Part shown: positions 22,839-33,036 of the stretch, piece after piece
Numbering within the stretch: the stretch's first letter is position 1
How the letters are laid out: every line of letters starts with the position of its first letter
Source of the DNA: an uncultured Planctomycetaceae bacterium
GTDB lineage: Bacteria; Planctomycetota; Planctomycetia; Planctomycetales; Planctomycetaceae
DNA: 64,000 nt
Assembly (NCBI GenBank): GCA_963815195.1
Contig: CAWFGE010000013.1
Coordinates: forward strand, 832,001-896,000
Direction of reading: 5' to 3'
The notes under the pieces: model-generated
What the model saw: the letters and a program-made list of their open reading frames with translations, nothing else
The model's database searches: none
What the model was told of the DNA's origin: nothing
Position numbers and translations under genes: made by a program

Positions 22839-24308
22839 ATGAACGATCACATCACTCAACAACCCACTCGCCGCGATTTTTTTGCCCGCACTTGTGACGG
22901 CGTGTTCGGGGCGGCATTGACGCACCTGTTTTGCCAGGACTACTTCGGCGGCACGTCGGCACTGGCCACGGAAGCCGAGCCAGAAGAGCCGGTGATGCAG
23001 TACAACCTCAAGCCCAAACAGCCGCATCACCGGGCGAAGGCGACCTCCGTCATTCATCTCTTCATGAACGGCGGGCCGAGCCAAATGGACTTGTTCGACC
23101 CCAAGCCCAAGCTCAATGGCCTCAATGGAAAACCGTTTCCGGGGAACGTCGAGGAACTCGGCAACTCGAACACCTCAGACATCGGCGTAGTGATGGGCGG
23201 GCAGTTCGAGTTCGCCCGGCACGGGGAGTCGGGGATGTGGATGGCGGATGTGCTGCCGCACACGGCGAAGATGGCCGACGATCTCTGCCTCATCAATTCG
23301 CTGTGGACCGACCACCCGAACCACGACAACGCGCTTTATAAAATCCACAGCGGCCGATTGTTCATGGGCTACCCCACGTTCGGGGCCTGGACCGTTTACG
23401 GGCTGGGGAGCGAAAACCAAAACCTGCCCGCCTATGTGGTCTTGAACGATCCGCTCGGCCCGCCGAAGAACGGCACGCGGAACTGGACCTCGGGATTTCT
23501 GCCCCCCATTTATCAGGGCACGCGGTTTCGGCCGACGGGTTCGCCGATCTTGAACCTCACGCCGCAGTACGAACAGCCTTCGGAAGTGACGGAGTCGGCC
23601 CGCGGGTTACTCAATCAGCTCGATGAAATCCACCGCCAGGATCGGCCGCATTATCCGGAACTCGACGCCCGCATGGAATCCTACAGCCTCGCCGCCCGCA
23701 TGCAGATGTCCGCCGGCGAAGCCTTGGATCTTTCCCGCGAGACCGCTAAGACGCTGTCCATGTACGGCATCGGCGAAAAGTGGACCGACTCCTACGGCCG
23801 GCGGTGCCTCTTGGCCCGGCGGTTGGTCGAGCGGGGCGTCCGGTTCGTGCAGATTTTTCTCGAAGAGCAGCCCTGGGACAGCCACGCCGACCTCGCCGCC
23901 AATCACCGCGGAGCTTGCCAGCGAACGGACCAACCCGTGGCCGCGCTCCTCCGCGATCTCAAGCAGCGGGGTTTGCTCGATTCCACACTGGTCATTTGGG
24001 GCGGCGAGTTCGGTCGCACCCCGACTACGCAGCGATCCGCCGACGGCTTCTCCGGCCGCGATCACAACATGCAGGCCTTCACGAGTTGGATGGCCGGCGG
24101 CGGCGTGAAGGGAGGAACCACCTTCGGCAAAACGGACGACTTCGGCCACAAGGCCGTGGAAAATCCCGTCAGCGTCCACGACTTCCACGCCACGATCCTG
24201 CACCTTTTGGGACTGCATCATCAAAAGCTGTTCTTCAAACGCAGCGGCCTCGAAGAACGCCTCACCGGCTTCGAACCGCCCCGCGTCGTGACGGAAATTC
24301 TGGCATAG
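22839..24308 (+). CDS. DUF1501 domain protein (Tat-exported, sulfatase-like fold)
   Basis: TRRDFF Tat motif, FMNGGPSQMDLFDPKP, CLLARRLVERGVRFVQ, WDSH, GGEFGRTP, GRDH and HDFHATILHLLG. Confidence 0.93.
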   Translation: MNDHITQQPTRRDFFARTCDGVFGAALTHLFCQDYFGGTSALATEAEPEEPVMQYNLKPKQPHHRAKATSVIHLFMNGGPSQMDLFDPKPKLNGLNGKPFPGNVEELGNSNTSDIGVVMGGQFEFARHGESGMWMADVLPHTAKMADDLCLINSLWTDHPNHDNALYKIHSGRLFMGYPTFGAWTVYGLGSENQNLPAYVVLNDPLGPPKNGTRNWTSGFLPPIYQGTRFRPTGSPILNLTPQYEQPSEVTESARGLLNQLDEIHRQDRPHYPELDARMESYSLAARMQMSAGEALDLSRETAKTLSMYGIGEKWTDSYGRRCLLARRLVERGVRFVQIFLEEQPWDSHADLAANHRGACQRTDQPVAALLRDLKQRGLLDSTLVIWGGEFGRTPTTQRSADGFSGRDHNMQAFTSWMAGGGVKGGTTFGKTDDFGHKAVENPVSVHDFHATILHLLGLHHQKLFFKRSGLEERLTGFEPPRVVTEILA

Positions 24309-24321
24309 CAAGGCGGGAAGC

Positions 24322-25182
24322 ATGATCAACCGGCGCGAACTCTTAAACCTCGCCGCGACTGCGGGCGTCGCTTCTTTGCTTGCTTCCCAACGCGGAGAGA
24401 CGGCGGAAGAGAATCCGCCGGATTTCCAAATCATCGACACCAATGTGAGCCTGTTTCACTGGCCGTTTCGCCGATTGCCTTTGGATGAGACGGCCAAGCT
24501 GGTGAAAAAGCTCCGCTCGCTGGGCATCAAGACCGCTTGGGCGGGAAGTTTTGAAGGCGTGCTGCACCGGGATGTCGCCGGGGTCAATCAGCGCTTGGCG
24601 GCGGAGTGCAAACAATTCCCGGAACTGGTTCCGATCGGTTCGATCAATCCCGCGGTTCCCGATTGGAAAGACGACCTCCGGCGATGCGTCGAGACGCACA
24701 AGATGCCGGGCGTTCGGCTGCATCCGAATTACCACGGTTATGCGTTGAACGATCCGCGGTTCGCCGAGCTTTTGGAACTCGCGGCGAAGGCGGGATGCTT
24801 CGTGCAGATCGCCGCCCTCATGGAAGACACCCGCACGCAATATCCGCTCTTGCAAGTGCCGGATGTGGATTTGTCGCCCTTGCCCGGCCTAATGAACCAC
24901 ATCAAAAACACTAAAGTGCAAATCCTCAACGACCGCCCGCGACCGCCTCTGTTATCACAACTCGCAAAAACCCCTGGACTCTCTTTCGACACGGCCCGCG
25001 TCGAGGGAACCGACGGCGTTCCCAACCTGGTGAAGACCCTGCCCCCCGGCCGGGTGTTATTCGGAACGCATGCCCCGTTTCTGATTCCCGAAGCCGCGCT
25101 GATCCGCGTGCATGAATCCTCGATACTTGACGAGTCCGCGCTCAAAGCGGTTCTCTCGGAGAATGCCCAACAATTGCATTGA
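24322..25182 (+). CDS. Amidohydrolase_2-like TIM-barrel protein (Tat signal)
   Basis: NRRELL, IIDTNV..WPFRRL, GVRLHPNYHGY and VLFGTHAP. Confidence 0.82.
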   Translation: MINRRELLNLAATAGVASLLASQRGETAEENPPDFQIIDTNVSLFHWPFRRLPLDETAKLVKKLRSLGIKTAWAGSFEGVLHRDVAGVNQRLAAECKQFPELVPIGSINPAVPDWKDDLRRCVETHKMPGVRLHPNYHGYALNDPRFAELLELAAKAGCFVQIAALMEDTRTQYPLLQVPDVDLSPLPGLMNHIKNTKVQILNDRPRPPLLSQLAKTPGLSFDTARVEGTDGVPNLVKTLPPGRVLFGTHAPFLIPEAALIRVHESSILDESALKAVLSENAQQLH

Positions 25183-25208
25183 TTAGCCGCAGGGCGCTAG
25201 CCCCGGTT
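25182..25208 (+). repeat. Left half of REP-like doublet
   Basis: attagccgcagggcgctagccccggtt, identical (27/27) to 55043-55069. Confidence 0.85.
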
Positions 25209-25240
25209 TTCCGAAATGACAGTCCTAACGGAAATTCGAA

Positions 25241-26105
25241 ATGCTGAATCCTGCCGCTGTGCAACTTGGTCTGCCGTCGCCGGAGCGATTGAAAGGCTAC
25301 CGGATCTGGGATTCGTATTTCACGCCGTCGCATTCGCATCCGGGCCGCGGCGGCGAGCGGTTGATCGCGGATATCGAACGTGCGCTGCCTGCCATTCAAA
25401 AGGGCCAATTCGAAAAGCTGTGCTACTTCGCCCACGTGGGCATCGGCACCACGTCCGATGCCCTATTGGAGAAGGCGCTGCGCTCGAATCCGGAAATGGT
25501 TTTAAAACCGCTCAAACGCTGGCCGAAGCTGTTGATCGGCATGATCCAACTCAATGCCCACGATGTGCGGGCTTCGCTCGAGGCTTTGGACCGTTGGCTG
25601 CGGGATGGGCCGATGCTGGGGGTGTACTTTCCCGGCGGCGGACCGGGAGGCGCTCACCTGCACGCATCCGAATTTCCTTCCGCTCGTGGAACGCATTGCC
25701 GAATACAACGGCGTGATCATGCAGCACACCTGGTTCCAGACCGGCGGCAAACCGGGGCCGGGAGCTTCGACGCCCGCGGAACTCGCCGAACTCGCGGCCA
25801 AGTTCCCTGAGCAAAAATTCCTCTGTGCCCACGCGGGCGGCGAATGGCAGAAAGGCATCCGCGCGGTGCGGGATTCCGAGAACATCCTCGTCGAAACCTC
25901 CGGCTTCGACGCCACCGCCGGCTTCATCGAAATGGCCGTCCGCGAACTGGGGGCGGAGCGGATCGTGTTCGGCAGCCATTTGCCCTCGCGGTCCTTGGGC
26001 ACCGAATTGGGAAAAGTCATCGGAGCGGACATCTCCGAAGAGGACAAGCGTTTGATCCTGGGCGAGAATTACCGCCGGCTGCTGCGCCGGGTTATGAAAA
26101 AATGA
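25241..26105 (+). CDS. Amidohydrolase_2-like protein; apparent frameshift near 25649
   Basis: IMQHTW, FLCAHAGG, VETSG and ERIVFGSH; the two ORFs join if one G is removed at ccgggaggcg. Confidence 0.82.
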
Positions 26106-26121
26106 CTTTAGAACAAGCCAA

Positions 26122-26150
26122 GAACGGGACGCGAGCGCGTTCCGGCTGAT
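26122..26150 (+). repeat. Right half of REP-like doublet
   Basis: gaacgggacgcgagcgcgttccggctgat, 27/29 identical to 55081-55109. Confidence 0.85.
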
Positions 26151-26301
26151 ATTCGGACAGTATTTTCTCGAACGGTCCTGAGGAACCAATTCGCGACTTT
26201 CCGCGAAATCCTTGGGTTTTGCGGTTAACCATTTCCGGCTCCGTTCGTCTGTCTGAGCGTGAGCAGAAACTCAAAATCCACCTTGGCACGCGGGTGGCGG
26301 A

Positions 26302-26817
26302 ATGCCGTTATGGGAACATCTGGAGCCGATCATTCCACGGCTGTACCGGTTTGCCCTGCGGCTGACGAACCATTCCGACCGGGCCGAGGATTTGACGCAG
26401 GAAACGCTCCTCCGCGCTTGGGAAAAGCGGGAAGGGTTGCGAGACCACGAATCCGCGCGGGTTTGGCTGTTTCGGATCGCCGTCAACCTCTGGCGGGACC
26501 AACTCAGGCGAAACCAACGGCGGCCCGATTGGGAATCGGGCGTCGAATCCGCGGCGGACCCGGCCCGCGAACCCGAACTCGTCGCCATCGACCGCGAGGA
26601 AGTCAGGGAGGCCTTAAAAGCCTTGGACAGGCTCCCGCCTCGGCAGCGGGAAGTCCTCCACCTGGCTGCGGTGGAGGAGTTGAGTCTTGCCGAGATCGCC
26701 GAGGTGCTTGGTATCAGCCGAAACGCGGCGAAGGTCCATCTGTGTGAAGCCCGCAAGAAAATGCGGCAGATGCTTTATCCATCCAACAATCCGACTCCCC
26801 CGACAAAACAACCATGA
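26302..26817 (+). CDS. ECF-family RNA polymerase sigma-70 factor
   Basis: Region 2 AEDLTQETLLRAW and WLFRIAVN; region 4 LPPRQREV..LSLAEIAEVLGIS. Confidence 0.93.
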   Translation: MPLWEHLEPIIPRLYRFALRLTNHSDRAEDLTQETLLRAWEKREGLRDHESARVWLFRIAVNLWRDQLRRNQRRPDWESGVESAADPAREPELVAIDREEVREALKALDRLPPRQREVLHLAAVEELSLAEIAEVLGISRNAAKVHLCEARKKMRQMLYPSNNPTPPTKQP

Positions 26818-27350
26818 CCGACCGCCTTTGCGAACGACTCGACGATTATTTGTTGAATGAATTGCCGAAAGATGACCGCGATTTCTTCGCCGAGCATTTG
26901 ACCGGCTGCGAAACCTGCCGCGGGGCTGTGCAGCAACAACGGCGCATTGACGATCTATTGAAAGCCGGGACCGAGGCGATTCCCTGTCCGCCGGGTTTCA
27001 GCGAGCGAATCCATGCCCAGATCGACACGCGAAAACGCCCACGGTCGGCTGCCGGAAGCTTGGCGCTTGCGGCTCTGGCGATCGGCCTGTTGGGTTGGTT
27101 GTTGATCTTCGCAAACCCTGGCCTCGACAAGTCTGATGAAGATCACGCCAACAACAACGATCCAAAAGAACGCCAACGCATTTCCAAACCAGCTCCGCCG
27201 CCCCAAGCGGCGGAGTTGGCGAAACAAAAAGCCCCGCCGGTCCGCGTGGAATTTCCCCCAGACGTGCTGCCATTGACCATCGACAGCGGCGAACCGGACA
27301 TCACGTTGATTCAAGTCTTTCCCGTGAAGAGCGTCAGCGAAAACCGTTGA
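26814..27350 (+). CDS. Zinc-finger (zf-HC2) transmembrane anti-sigma factor
   Basis: HLTGCETC (HxxxCxxC), one TM helix, ATGA overlap with the sigma gene. Confidence 0.88.
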   Translation: MTDRLCERLDDYLLNELPKDDRDFFAEHLTGCETCRGAVQQQRRIDDLLKAGTEAIPCPPGFSERIHAQIDTRKRPRSAAGSLALAALAIGLLGWLLIFANPGLDKSDEDHANNNDPKERQRISKPAPPPQAAELAKQKAPPVRVEFPPDVLPLTIDSGEPDITLIQVFPVKSVSENR

Positions 27351-27385
27351 CGCGGCTCTTGTACTTTCCTGGAAGGGATCGAATT

Positions 27386-28547
27386 ATGCCGACTATTCAA
27401 ACCTGGATTTTGCGCGATCTTGCTGTTTGGCGTTTGGGGAGCCTCGGGCCTCAGCTCGCCGGTTCGAGCTGAGGAACCGAAGTTGACGGTGTTTCCTTTG
27501 AAGCATGTCGATGCAAGCAGCGCCGAAAAGATGATCAAAGAGTTGTATCCAGACCTGGAGAAGGCCAAAACGGTCCGCATCACCGCCGACCCCCGCACTA
27601 ATGTGCTGATTGTCTCAGGTCCCGCGGAAGTCACAAAACAGATCAAGGAACTGCTCAACGTCTTGGACGCCGAGCCACAGAAGCCCGCCAAGCCGGAGGA
27701 AAGCGTTAAGATCTTCACTCTCGCCAACAACGATGCCCGGGAAACGTTGAATGTCGTTTCGGCACTCCTCGCCGATGCGTCGCTGCGAATCACAGCCGAT
27801 CCGCGGACAAACTCGCTGATCGCCACAGGCACGCCAGACAAGTTGGCGACCCTGGAAGCCATCCTGCTGCGATTGGATGAGAAAAATGACAGGGCCGAAT
27901 CGATCCGCAAGATTCCCTTGAAACATGCCTCGCCGGAAACAGTCTCCCAAGCCTTGATCCAGATGGGGATCACTCACGGCGTGGCTTTAGATCAGGCCCA
28001 GCACCGGCTGCTCGTTCGGGGTAACGCGGCGGCGCTAAAACTCGTCGAAGATGCGGTTCAGGTCATCGACGTTGCGAAAGACGCCCCGAAACTGGATCGG
28101 CTGCAGCTTCGTATCGTCTGGCTTGTGTCCGAAAAACTGGCTGGCAAAGAAGCCCCCGCGCCCAAGAACCTCGACAAGGTCGTGAAGGTCCTGGAAGAAA
28201 AACTCGGTGCGGCGAATCTCAAAATGGCGGCCCAGATGCTGGTGACCATCGATCCCGGCGAGGAGCGGCCTGTCGTGGCCCATGGCACCACGGTTCTTCA
28301 GGATGACAGCCCGGTTGAGCTCGAAGCGGAAGCCATTGTGTCAGGTCAAGTCGGAACGTCTCCTTCGATCGAACTCGCAATCGAGGCGCATTCGAACCGC
28401 GGAGGTAGGCTACCCGTGGAGAGGCTCGCCTCCCTGAACACCAAAATCGTCGCTCCCGTCGGGCAATCGATCGTGGTCGGCATGACGCCGATCCGGTCCG
28501 CCGATTCAGTGTTCGTGCTCCAAGTGCTGCCGAACGATGCGAATTAG
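27386..28547 (+). CDS. Secretin N-terminal (NolW-like) repeat protein with a short secretin-like C-domain; probable frameshift just after the ATG (about 27389)
   Basis: Three repeats of type PLKH...ITADPRTNxLI.G...LD. RBS ggaaggga precedes ATG 27386, and removing one C restores the signal peptide MRLFKPGFCAILLF. Confidence 0.75.
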
Positions 28548-31500
28548 TTTGTCTTCGCTTCTTCCATTTCGGGGCTTCCAAAGATTCCAGCGTGACCGCC
28601 ATCACCACGGGGGCGGAGCGGTCGGGGCCTTTGAGGAACTCGATCTTTTCGATCGCGTCCGTTCGCTTCGGATGGATCGCCAGGTAGCGGATTTGCTGGC
28701 CCCTCAAGGGGAAGGCGAATTCCGATTCGGGCACATCGACCCGGCGGATGTAGTCCGCGAAATGCCGACCGTTTTTGAGTTCGTGATCCTCGGTCGTCCC
28801 ATCCGCGTAATGGAGGCGAACGATCATGGAAACCGTTGGGTTCCGGTCGTACGGAAAGCCCCAACCGCTGACGCCCGAGAGCAGATGAATCGCCCGCGCG
28901 GGGCCGTTCGAGGGCAGCGTGACCGACTTGGGCATCGTCTGAGAGACGGCCCCGTTGGGGCCGTTGAGCAGAATCACATTGGGAACCTTGCCGTCCTGGG
29001 GATCGGTGAGATGGAACGGCACGCCCTTAAAGGTCTTGGGCGACCAGTCGGAAAAGATCAATCGTTCCTGCGGGGCGTCTGTGCTGAAAAACATGCCCCG
29101 GTCGCTGGCGATGGTGGCGACTTTTCGCAGATCGAGCGGCAGGTATTTCCCGCGCTGCGTGAGGAACTCCAACAGGTTCTTGATCTCCTCCGGCTTGACC
29201 TGCTTCTCGAAACCTTCGGGCATCAGGGATTTTCGGGAAGCGACCATTTGCTCGATGTCTTCCCGCAGGACGACTTTCTTCTTGCCTTCCACGTCGAAGA
29301 GTTCGATCGCGGTTTTGGATTCCGACGCCAATAGCCCGGTGAGCACCAGCCCGTCGGACGTGAGCACGGTATAAACGCGGAAGTTGCCTTCGACATCCCG
29401 GCTGGGGTCGATGATGTGCGTCAACAGCTCCGCCTTGGGATGCACGGCCATGCCGGTGAGGTCCGGCCCGATCCGTGTGCCCTCGCTGCCGTGGACGTGG
29501 CATTTGGAGCATTGCTTTTTATAGACCTCTTTCCCGGCGTCGGCGTTGCCGGTCTCCTTGGCGAGCGGCAAGAGTTGGGCGAGGACTTTCTGGCGATCGG
29601 GATTCGGAAGTGCTCCGCCCCGGCTTAACAGGCTCCGGGCTTGCCGTTGGATCGAGCGATTGGGATGCGAAGACAGGGCCTGCTTCTGATCGAGCGAAAG
29701 CTCCGCGAGCAGCACCGTGCCTTTGTCGATCGCATCCAACAGCGACCGCGTGGACTCCGGCCGGCTGAGCATCACCGCGATCCCCGCGGTTCGGGTTTGG
29801 GGCGTCATGCCTTTGAATCGGCTCGTGAGCAGTTCGCCCACGTTCGGGCTTTCGCTTTTTCCGAGCGATTTCACGATCCCCACAGCCAAACCCGGCGGCG
29901 TTTGCGGCGAAATCCGGCTTAAGAGTGTTTTCACCACCTCATCGTCCTGCGCGCGAAACTCCACCAACTGCCCGGCCGCCGCGAGGCGTTTGTCCTGGCT
30001 GAGCGATTCATCATCGAGCTGCGACAATAGCGAATCCGAGACCTCTTTGGCGTAGCTGGCAAACTCCTTGCTGCCCCAGCCGATAGCCAACTTGAGAAGG
30101 ACGCCTTTGCTACCCGCGGGCAATTTTGCAAGCAGATTTTTGAGATCGCTCTCAAAGGCTTGATCCAGCTTCGGCGATTGGTCTTTGGGCCAACCTTTGG
30201 CGAGCCCCGATAGCACCGCCTCGGCGATCGCGGGGTCGGCTTTCGTCAACCGGGACAGCACGGAGGCCACCGAATCCACCGGCCCGCCGCGGCCGTAATG
30301 CCCCGCGACAATGCTCACGGCTTCTAAAAGTTTTTCGTCTGGTTTTTGCTTGGCCTCGGCGACCGCTTTCAAAAAACTGTCCGCATTCGTCGCGGCCGCG
30401 CTAATCGCGGCGTCTTGAATCCACCGGTCGCCAGCGTTTTTGGGATCGGTCATTGCCTTCAAAATCGCCGGTCCCGCTACTGAAACCGAAGGCAAATCCG
30501 ACAGTTTCAACAACGTCATCAATCGCACTTGGGCGCTGCGATCTTCCAGCAGGTTGCTATTGATAAGAACTTCAGCAGAGACTTCCAGGGCAGGAAGGAC
30601 CTGGACCGCATTTCGCCTGACGCCGGCTGACGGATGAACGATTGCGGCGATGGCCGTCCGGGCCGCCCGGCCGTTGGAGCCATCGAGTTGCCCCAATCCG
30701 TGAAGTGTCCAAAGCGCGTGAATGGCGCCGACGTTCAAGCCAATCTCATCTGCGGAAAGCGCGGATTGATCGCCGATCAGCTTGAGCAAGGCCGGAACGA
30801 CATCGTCTTTGCCGCGTTCCACCAACAGCCGTTGGGCGTGCTTTCTCCAGAGCATAGTGGGGTGCTTCAAAGTTGCCACCAGTTTTTCCGGCGATGCGCC
30901 AGCCAGCGTGAAGGGTTTGTCTTTTTCATCGCCATACACCACGCGATAGATCCGGCCGTGTTTTTTGTCGCGGAGGTCGGTTTCGTAGGCGTTGCCTTTG
31001 CCGGTGCTGAAGCCGCGGGGCGTGGGGTTGTGCTGCACGATGTAGTTGTACCAGTCGATGACCCACACGTTGCCGTCGGGTCCGACTTCGGACATGATCG
31101 GCGCGGTCCATTCATCGTCGCTCGCCAAGAGATTGAAGGGGCTGGTCGAATGAAAATCGCTGCCGTCGGCTTCGAGCACGAACGTCCCCGTGAGATGGCC
31201 CGTGGGTCCGTTCACGAACGCGGTGCGGTTCCAATACTCCTTGGGGTATTTCCGCGCCGTATAAAGCGCATGCCCGGCCCCGGCGGTGTAGCCTCCGTGA
31301 TGATCCACCTGCCGAATGTTCTTGGTGATGGGCTTGAACAGATGCGTGTCGGAAATCATTTCCAACACCAGTGAAGGCGTCCAGCCGCGGACGCGTTCGT
31401 AATAGCGGTTGGGAATGGGCATATACACGCTGGGGCAATGGTTGGCGGTGGAGCCGAAGATGATGCCTTCCTCGCTGATCCCCAGCCCCCAGGTGTTGTT

Positions 31501-32949
31501 GTTGGTTGAGCGAATAAACTCGATTTCCGAGCCGTCCGGCCGAAACCGAAAGAAGCCCTGGCGAAAATTCTGCGTGGATCGTTCCTCGCCGTCGGCGGCG
31601 GGGCGGGAATCGTTGTAGCCCTGCATGGCCCAGATCCAGTTGTCGAGGCCGTATTGAAAATTGCTCACGCCGCCGTGCGTGTCCCGCTCGTTCCAGCCGG
31701 TGAAGAGGACGGTTTTCTCGTCGGCCACATCGTCGCCGTCGGTGTCTTTGAGGTACAGTGTTTCGACGCCGTTCTGCACGATCACGCCGCCCTTGTGGAA
31801 GGCGATGCTGGTGGGGATGCTCAGTTTCTCGGCGAAGACGGTGAACTTGTCGGCCCGCCAATCGCCGTCGGTGTCTTCCAGAATGCGAATCCGGTCCCGG
31901 CCCTCTCCCGGCGGCTGGAGTTCGTTGGGGTAATCGTAAGTCTCCGCGATCCACAATCGGCCCCGCTCGTCCCAAGCCATCGCGATCGGCTTGCCGCCGA
32001 TGTCCGGTTCCGCCGCGAACAGCTCCACATGAAAGCCCTGGGGCGTCACGAAATGCTTGAGGGATTCTTCCGGCTGCAAAGGCTTTTGCATTTTCGAGAG
32101 GGCTTCGCCTTGGACGCCCCAGCGTGCGCCGGGCGTGTAGTTGGGGATCTTGTTGCCGACGTCGATGTATTCAAACGGCTTCACGTCTTTCCGCATCGCC
32201 GTCATTTCGGGGACGGGAAACGGCTGCTCGGCGAGATACGCAGGGACCGAAGTCGGATCGTCGCCCGCGGCCCAGCGAATGCCTCGCTCCAAGAGGTTCT
32301 GAAAACCGGCGTTGCCCCAGGTCCGCTGATCGTGCCCCCAGGCGGTATAAAACACCCGGCCTTTGCCTTGGGTCCGCACCCAGGTCCAAGGCTCCCGGCC
32401 TGCGCTGTCCACGCGGTAAGCCAAGACGGTGCGGTTTTTCTCGTTGTGCAGATGATGCACGTAAGTCTCATCCCAGCTTTCAAACCCGCCGAAGCCTTTC
32501 ATGATCGGATGGTTCGGCTCGGCGATCTCCGTGCGGAAGGTTCCGGTGCCATGCTTTTGAAATTGTGCTCCCATCAAGGCCACGATCTCTTTCGAATTCC
32601 GAAAGCAAAAGGTCGCACAATGCAGCGGCACAAACCCGCCGCCGGTCGCGACGTAATCGAGCAAAGCCTTTTCCTCCGGCGGATCGATTTTGTCGATGTT
32701 CGCGTACAAGAGAAGCGCGTCGTACTTTTTGAGATTCTCCGTGTTCAGATCGATGACATCGTCACTATAAACCAGCTTGATGCCCCGCTTCGCGAGCACG
32801 GGCTCGATCTGCACAAACCGCTCCCGCGGCTGATGATGCCCCTTGTCCCCCAGGAACAACACCTCGAGGTCCTTGGCGCTCGCGGTTTGAAACATTGACG
32901 CGAACAGGACGGCCGTCAAAATCCAAGGATGGAACCGATTCGGAGACAT
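28544..32949 (-). CDS. PVC-type heme-binding CxxCH protein (ThuA-like domain, sugar-dehydrogenase-like propeller, HEAT repeats, cytochrome c); C-terminus probably frameshifted near 28570
   Basis: GRVFYTAWGH (ThuA), AWDERGRLW, DTDGD repeats and CSKCH..IGPDLT..SLMPEGF. The called ORF overlaps the convergent gene by about 330 bp unless a one-base correction uses the TAA at 28544-28546. Confidence 0.88.
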
Positions 32950-33036
32950 AATGAAATTCCTTCAGGCGGCGAAGACTTCGAGTTGGACTTGCGAGAGTTT
33001 GGTTGATTTGATGTGTCGGGCAAACGGCCGGTTGTT

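Noticed and set aside
28219..28543. C-terminal extension of the 1576-aa ORF overlapping the secretin-like gene
   Set aside because: The read-through sequence looks non-coding, and a one-base correction near 28570 ends the gene at 28544.
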